Source of the DNA: Candidatus Altiarchaeota archaeon
GTDB lineage: Archaea > Altiarchaeota > Altiarchaeia > IMC4 > SCGC-AAA252-I15
Direction of reading: 5' to 3'
Assembly (NCBI GenBank): GCA_043813075.1
Contig: JBDRLL010000031.1
Span: 1-38,596 of the forward strand
Length of the DNA stretch: 38,596 nucleotides
The notes below the pieces were generated by a model. The model was not told where the DNA came from, searched no databases, and saw only the letters and a list, made by a program, of their open reading frames with translations. Position numbers and translations under genes: made by a program. Shown piece after piece: positions 34,860 through 38,596 of this stretch. Numbering within the stretch: position 1 is the stretch's first letter; each line of letters opens with the position of its first letter.

Positions 34860-36746
34860 TTATTCACCGAGCTTTTCGGGCATCACGTACTCGCCGTGTT
34901 TCTCGCCAGACTCCTGAAGCCTCTCCCTCTGCTCGCTGAGGGAAGTGAAGAATGTTTCAGGCATGCCAGGCACCTTACGGTAGACTGCTTCTATACGGTC
35001 TATCTTAGCCAGGTTCTCGCCGACACGTATCTTGAACTGCTGTGAATAATCCTCCTTTGGATAGTCCTTCCCGAGCACCTGCTTGAAGAGCTTCTTCAAG
35101 TCATCGTACTTGGGTATGAATCCTGTCGGCGCCTTCAAAGCGCCCACTTCCCCGTGGACCCGCAACTCCATCCACTTGAGCCACACCCGCTTGTCGTCTA
35201 TGCTGGTGAGGAAGTTCTTGGATGCGTCACCATCCTCCCTGATGAAGTAGTTCACTGAGAATATAAGGGGCTCTTTACTGGCAGACTCGACAATCTTCAA
35301 GTCATCCTTAATGTAGTCCGCGAGCGGTATGGATAGGAAGTCTATGTTGGACATCGGGTTGAAAACCCTCTGACCCGTCTTCCCTATGGTCGCGAACGTC
35401 GTCTCAGACTCCAGTGAAGCAGCGATAGTAGTTATCCCGTGCGTCCAGTCGAAAGCCTGCTGGATTGGGACTGAAGTGTCAGAATCCCTGCCCCCGTATA
35501 TGACACCCCCAAGAGGGACTCCACCAGAGTCGTCAGCCATCGGATCCTTGTTCCTGAGCGTGCTTATCTCGATGGTGTAACGTGCGTTAGGGTGTGATAT
35601 TGGAGCCGGCTTTCCTTCAGCATCCTTCTTGCTGGGACTCCATTCGCCGTCATAATTCAACCCGCCTTCAGGAGCAGGCCTGCCGTCGCCACCCCACCTC
35701 GCGTTCCCACTCGAGTCCATGAGGACGTTGGAGAATATGACTTCCCCGGGGGATGTGAGTGCCTTGAATATCTCCGGGTCGCCCTTGTCGTTGACACCCC
35801 CGATGATGCCGAACATGCCCTTCTCCACGTTAGCAGCCCTGACTTCACCGTCAATAACCCTCAGGTAGGCTATGTCGTCGCCCACAATCGTCTCGCCCTT
35901 TACCATGGCCGTCGACGTCTTACCGCACGCGCTCGGATAGGCTCCCGCAAAGTAGGTGACCCGGCCTTCTGGTCCGTGGACGCCCATTATGAACATGTGC
36001 TCGCAAAGCCAGTTACCGTCACTGTGAGCCCTCGCTATGGCGAGCCGCATGGCATGCTTCTTGAAGCCCAGGCTGTTGCCGCCGTACTGGTTGTTGACGC
36101 TGTATACTGTCTCAACGTTAGGGTCCACGTCCATGTAGATCCTACGCTTGTCCAGGTTCTTGGTGACGCCGTTCTCCAGCTCGCCCTGACTGTGGACGAA
36201 CTTGAAGAACCGGTTCTTGTCCTTAAGCCTCTTGAACTCCCCGTAACCCTGCCTGAAGAGCATTATCTCGTTATGCGCGACGTAAGACGAGTCAGACAAC
36301 TGGACTGCCGGCACCGAAAACACGCTGTTGTTCGGACCCAGACAACCGAATATGACGAACATCTCCCTGCCAGCCATGATGCCCTTCATTATCGCGTGTA
36401 CTTCTTCCGTCGCCTCCTTCTGGCCTAGAGTACGTATGGACTCGCTCAACTCCACACCCTTCGGGACCAGCACGGCAGTATCGCCCTTAGCCCTCGCCTG
36501 GTCTTTCGCACTGTCGAAGTGGAGTGTGTGACCCAGAGTCGATAACTTGCGTTCCTCACCATCCTCAATGGCCTTGTCGCGGACGTACTGTAAGTCCTTT
36601 TTAGAACCATCGCAGACGAAAACCTTGCTTGGAGTGCAGTGCAAGACATACTTCAATATAAAATCGTTTAAAGCAGGATTATCCAACGCACTTATCTTAT
36701 CGTACTGGTCGCCCAGCTTCTCCTTGAGTAATACTGTGTCGGCCAT
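34860..36746 (-). CDS. pckG: Phosphoenolpyruvate carboxykinase (GTP)
   Basis: DQAR, YGGNSLG.KK, WLCEHM, YPSACGKT, VGDDIA, HPNARY, YGGRD, NPMSN. Start MADT after SD GGGGTGA. Confidence 0.95.
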   Translation of the reverse strand: MADTVLLKEKLGDQYDKISALDNPALNDFILKYVLHCTPSKVFVCDGSKKDLQYVRDKAIEDGEERKLSTLGHTLHFDSAKDQARAKGDTAVLVPKGVELSESIRTLGQKEATEEVHAIMKGIMAGREMFVIFGCLGPNNSVFSVPAVQLSDSSYVAHNEIMLFRQGYGEFKRLKDKNRFFKFVHSQGELENGVTKNLDKRRIYMDVDPNVETVYSVNNQYGGNSLGFKKHAMRLAIARAHSDGNWLCEHMFIMGVHGPEGRVTYFAGAYPSACGKTSTAMVKGETIVGDDIAYLRVIDGEVRAANVEKGMFGIIGGVNDKGDPEIFKALTSPGEVIFSNVLMDSSGNARWGGDGRPAPEGGLNYDGEWSPSKKDAEGKPAPISHPNARYTIEISTLRNKDPMADDSGGVPLGGVIYGGRDSDTSVPIQQAFDWTHGITTIAASLESETTFATIGKTGQRVFNPMSNIDFLSIPLADYIKDDLKIVESASKEPLIFSVNYFIREDGDASKNFLTSIDDKRVWLKWMELRVHGEVGALKAPTGFIPKYDDLKKLFKQVLGKDYPKEDYSQQFKIRVGENLAKIDRIEAVYRKVPGMPETFFTSLSEQRERLQESGEKHGEYVMPEKLGE

Positions 36747-36779
36747 AGTGTTTATCACCCCCACTTTTTTGCTGCCGCC

Positions 36780-37136
36780 TTACTTTATCTTTACAGCGTT
36801 CAGGACCCCGTCGCTCCCAGGCTTGGACCTCACCCTTGCTTGAAGAGTCTTCCCGTCAGGCGTCTTAACATCCACCACAGAACCCTTGGTGATGATGTTC
36901 CTCCTTGCAAAGTCCTTACTCGCAGGGTTATCAGAGACGTTGACGACCTCACACTTCACGTTCTTATCGTCTATGAGGACGTTAGCGTGCTTCGCGTTGA
37001 CGAGCTTCGTCTTAACCCCGCCACCCCGCTTATTAACGTTCTTACGCTTCTCCACCCCAAGCTGGGTCTCCACCGCATGACGGCCCTGATGCATCTTACG
37101 CTTCTTATGAGCCCTAGTCTTAACTTCGTGATACAT
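36780..37136 (-). CDS. rps8e: 30S ribosomal protein eS8 (short N-terminus)
   Basis: KKRK..GR, RGGGVK, NPAS..FARRNIITKG, ARVRSKPGSDGVLNAV. Confidence 0.93.
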   Translation of the reverse strand: MYHEVKTRAHKKRKMHQGRHAVETQLGVEKRKNVNKRGGGVKTKLVNAKHANVLIDDKNVKCEVVNVSDNPASKDFARRNIITKGSVVDVKTPDGKTLQARVRSKPGSDGVLNAVKIK

Positions 37137-37193
37137 AGTCCATACTATTAAGAAATTAGAGTATAAAAGGATAACGAACCATGATTAAACAAA

Positions 37194-37757
37194 ATGAGGG
37201 CGGTCCTGTTCATATCAATCCTGGTTCTCGCTTCAGCCTGCATTTCAACAACACCCAATGAGCCAACGCCAACCACAGTGACGACCACACTGCCAGCCTG
37301 CGTGAAACCCTCCGACTGCAGTGGAAGGCATCAATCCTGCTACGGCCACTGGACGTGCGCGGGCGGGAGATGCCGGTGGGAGTGCGCCAGCCGGCTGGAC
37401 GGCTTCACAGAGCAGTCCGGGAGGCTGGAATACACTGTAGGCGGCTGCGACTTCAAGCGGGGCAGCCGCCGGAACAACAAGACAGTCATAAAAGCCGTGG
37501 ACGACAACATCATAGTCAACCAGACGCTAAGCTACTACTGCTGCGCCTCCATAGGCCTGGAGGTCGAGAGGAAGCGTAACACGTACACTATAAGGGAAGT
37601 CAACCACGGTAAGGTATGCCGGTGCATGTGCGACTACACGATAAACGCGGTGCTGAAGATGCCTGGGAAAGGCAGGTACGACGTGGAAGTCAGGGGCGTG
37701 GAATTCCAGAAGGAGAAGGGCGCCATACTAGGGAAGGAAAAAATAACGATAAGCTAA
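37194..37757 (+). CDS. Cys-rich secreted lipoprotein-like protein
   Basis: Leader ending LASAC, Thr/Pro linker, Cys module, YYCC and CRCMC motifs. Confidence 0.78.
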   Translation: MRAVLFISILVLASACISTTPNEPTPTTVTTTLPACVKPSDCSGRHQSCYGHWTCAGGRCRWECASRLDGFTEQSGRLEYTVGGCDFKRGSRRNNKTVIKAVDDNIIVNQTLSYYCCASIGLEVERKRNTYTIREVNHGKVCRCMCDYTINAVLKMPGKGRYDVEVRGVEFQKEKGAILGKEKITIS

Positions 37758-37833
37758 ACCCAACACAATGAACGGGATTTAAATACCGTATACCATAAAT
37801 AACCCGGCCAAACACGCCAGAGAGGAACGTACA

Positions 37834-38583
37834 ATGGACGATAAATGCCCTACGGGGATACCAGGATTCGATGAACTCGTCGGCGGAGGACTGCCCCGCG
37901 GACGAAGCATACTACTATCCGGAAGCTGCGGAACAGGGAAAACAACCTTCGCCATACAATTCCTAGCCAACGGAATCGAAAAATACGATGAACCAGGAAT
38001 CCTCGTGACACTAGAACAACACAGCGACGAACTCCGCAGCGACGCCCTGAAATACGGCATAGACCTCAAGAAATACGAGGAACAGAAAAGACTAATAATA
38101 ATAGACACAAGCCTATCCCGCATAGGCATGCAAGAATTCATAGCCCAAATACCAGAAGTACCAGACAACTCATTCAGCCTACTGCCAGACGAATTCGAAA
38201 TCAACAAGATAATAGACATCACATCACAAGCAGCCCAAAAAATAGGGGCCAAAAGAATAGTCGTAGACAGCCTACCAGCACTAGACTACCTAATCCAAGA
38301 ACAACACGACCTACGCCGAGCCCTAATCAACATGAACTACGAACTCAAAAGCAAAGGCCTAACAGCCCTCATAATCACAGAAGCCCTCGAAGAAGACGGC
38401 ATATCAAAACACGGGGTCGAAGAATACATCAGCGACGGAGTCATCATACTCCGCACCAACGAAGCCCTAGACACCAGAACCCTCAAAATCCGCAAAATGA
38501 GGACCATAAAACACACCCTCAAACCCAACACCTTCGAACTAACCCAAAACGGAATCACCGTAGGAAGCGGAAAAGGCATTTAA
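37834..38583 (+). CDS. Single-domain KaiC-like RecA-superfamily ATPase
   Basis: TGIPGFDELVGGG, Walker A GSCGTGKT, RIVVDS, EEYISDGVI, IRKMR. Confidence 0.92.
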   Translation: MDDKCPTGIPGFDELVGGGLPRGRSILLSGSCGTGKTTFAIQFLANGIEKYDEPGILVTLEQHSDELRSDALKYGIDLKKYEEQKRLIIIDTSLSRIGMQEFIAQIPEVPDNSFSLLPDEFEINKIIDITSQAAQKIGAKRIVVDSLPALDYLIQEQHDLRRALINMNYELKSKGLTALIITEALEEDGISKHGVEEYISDGVIILRTNEALDTRTLKIRKMRTIKHTLKPNTFELTQNGITVGSGKGI

Positions 38584-38596
38584 AATAGCAGAAATA

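Noticed and set aside
37834-38583. KaiC-like ATPase as a circadian clock component
   Set aside because: Single domain, no kaiA/kaiB in the window; such ATPases are common in archaea.
1-38596. CRISPR array, transposase, integrase or provirus
   Set aside because: No regularly spaced direct repeats and no recognisable recombinase, transposase or capsid ORFs.

Overview
This is an archaeal chromosomal window. Evidence: archaeal-type ribosomal proteins, aEF-1alpha/aEF-2, BHB-intron tRNAs, TATA boxes and GGTGA/GGAGG SD motifs. The gene mix (Cys-rich secreted proteins, GTP-PEPCK, membrane PPase) suggests an Altiarchaeota-like lineage, which is inference only. From left to right it holds: a partial intron-containing tRNA-Thr; an AT-rich Cys-repeat surface protein; several microproteins; two tandem amt-glnK modules; pelota and dph6; tRNA-Glu with an 82-nt intron; a fused r-protein super-operon (L3...S14 running directly into S7-EF2-EF1a-S10); DUF63; a B12 radical SAM; a CPBP protease; RPA; hppA; a TPR protein; leuA; PEPCK; S8e; and a KaiC-like ATPase. 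No integrase, transposase or CRISPR array was seen. The strongest unexplained signal is a 33-codon leader ORF directly upstream of leuA, with five consecutive Leu codons and alternative RNA hairpins, one of which covers the leuA SD. It is a candidate ribosome-mediated attenuator in an archaeon. Other leads: a small palindromic repeat found three times around and inside tRNA-Glu, two copies ending exactly at tRNA processing sites; a shared non-NrpR operator and coupled uORFs at both amt promoters; a candidate two-hairpin ncRNA; a structured L3-operon leader; and extreme A/C codon skew in the last gene. All structures and counts were derived by eye.
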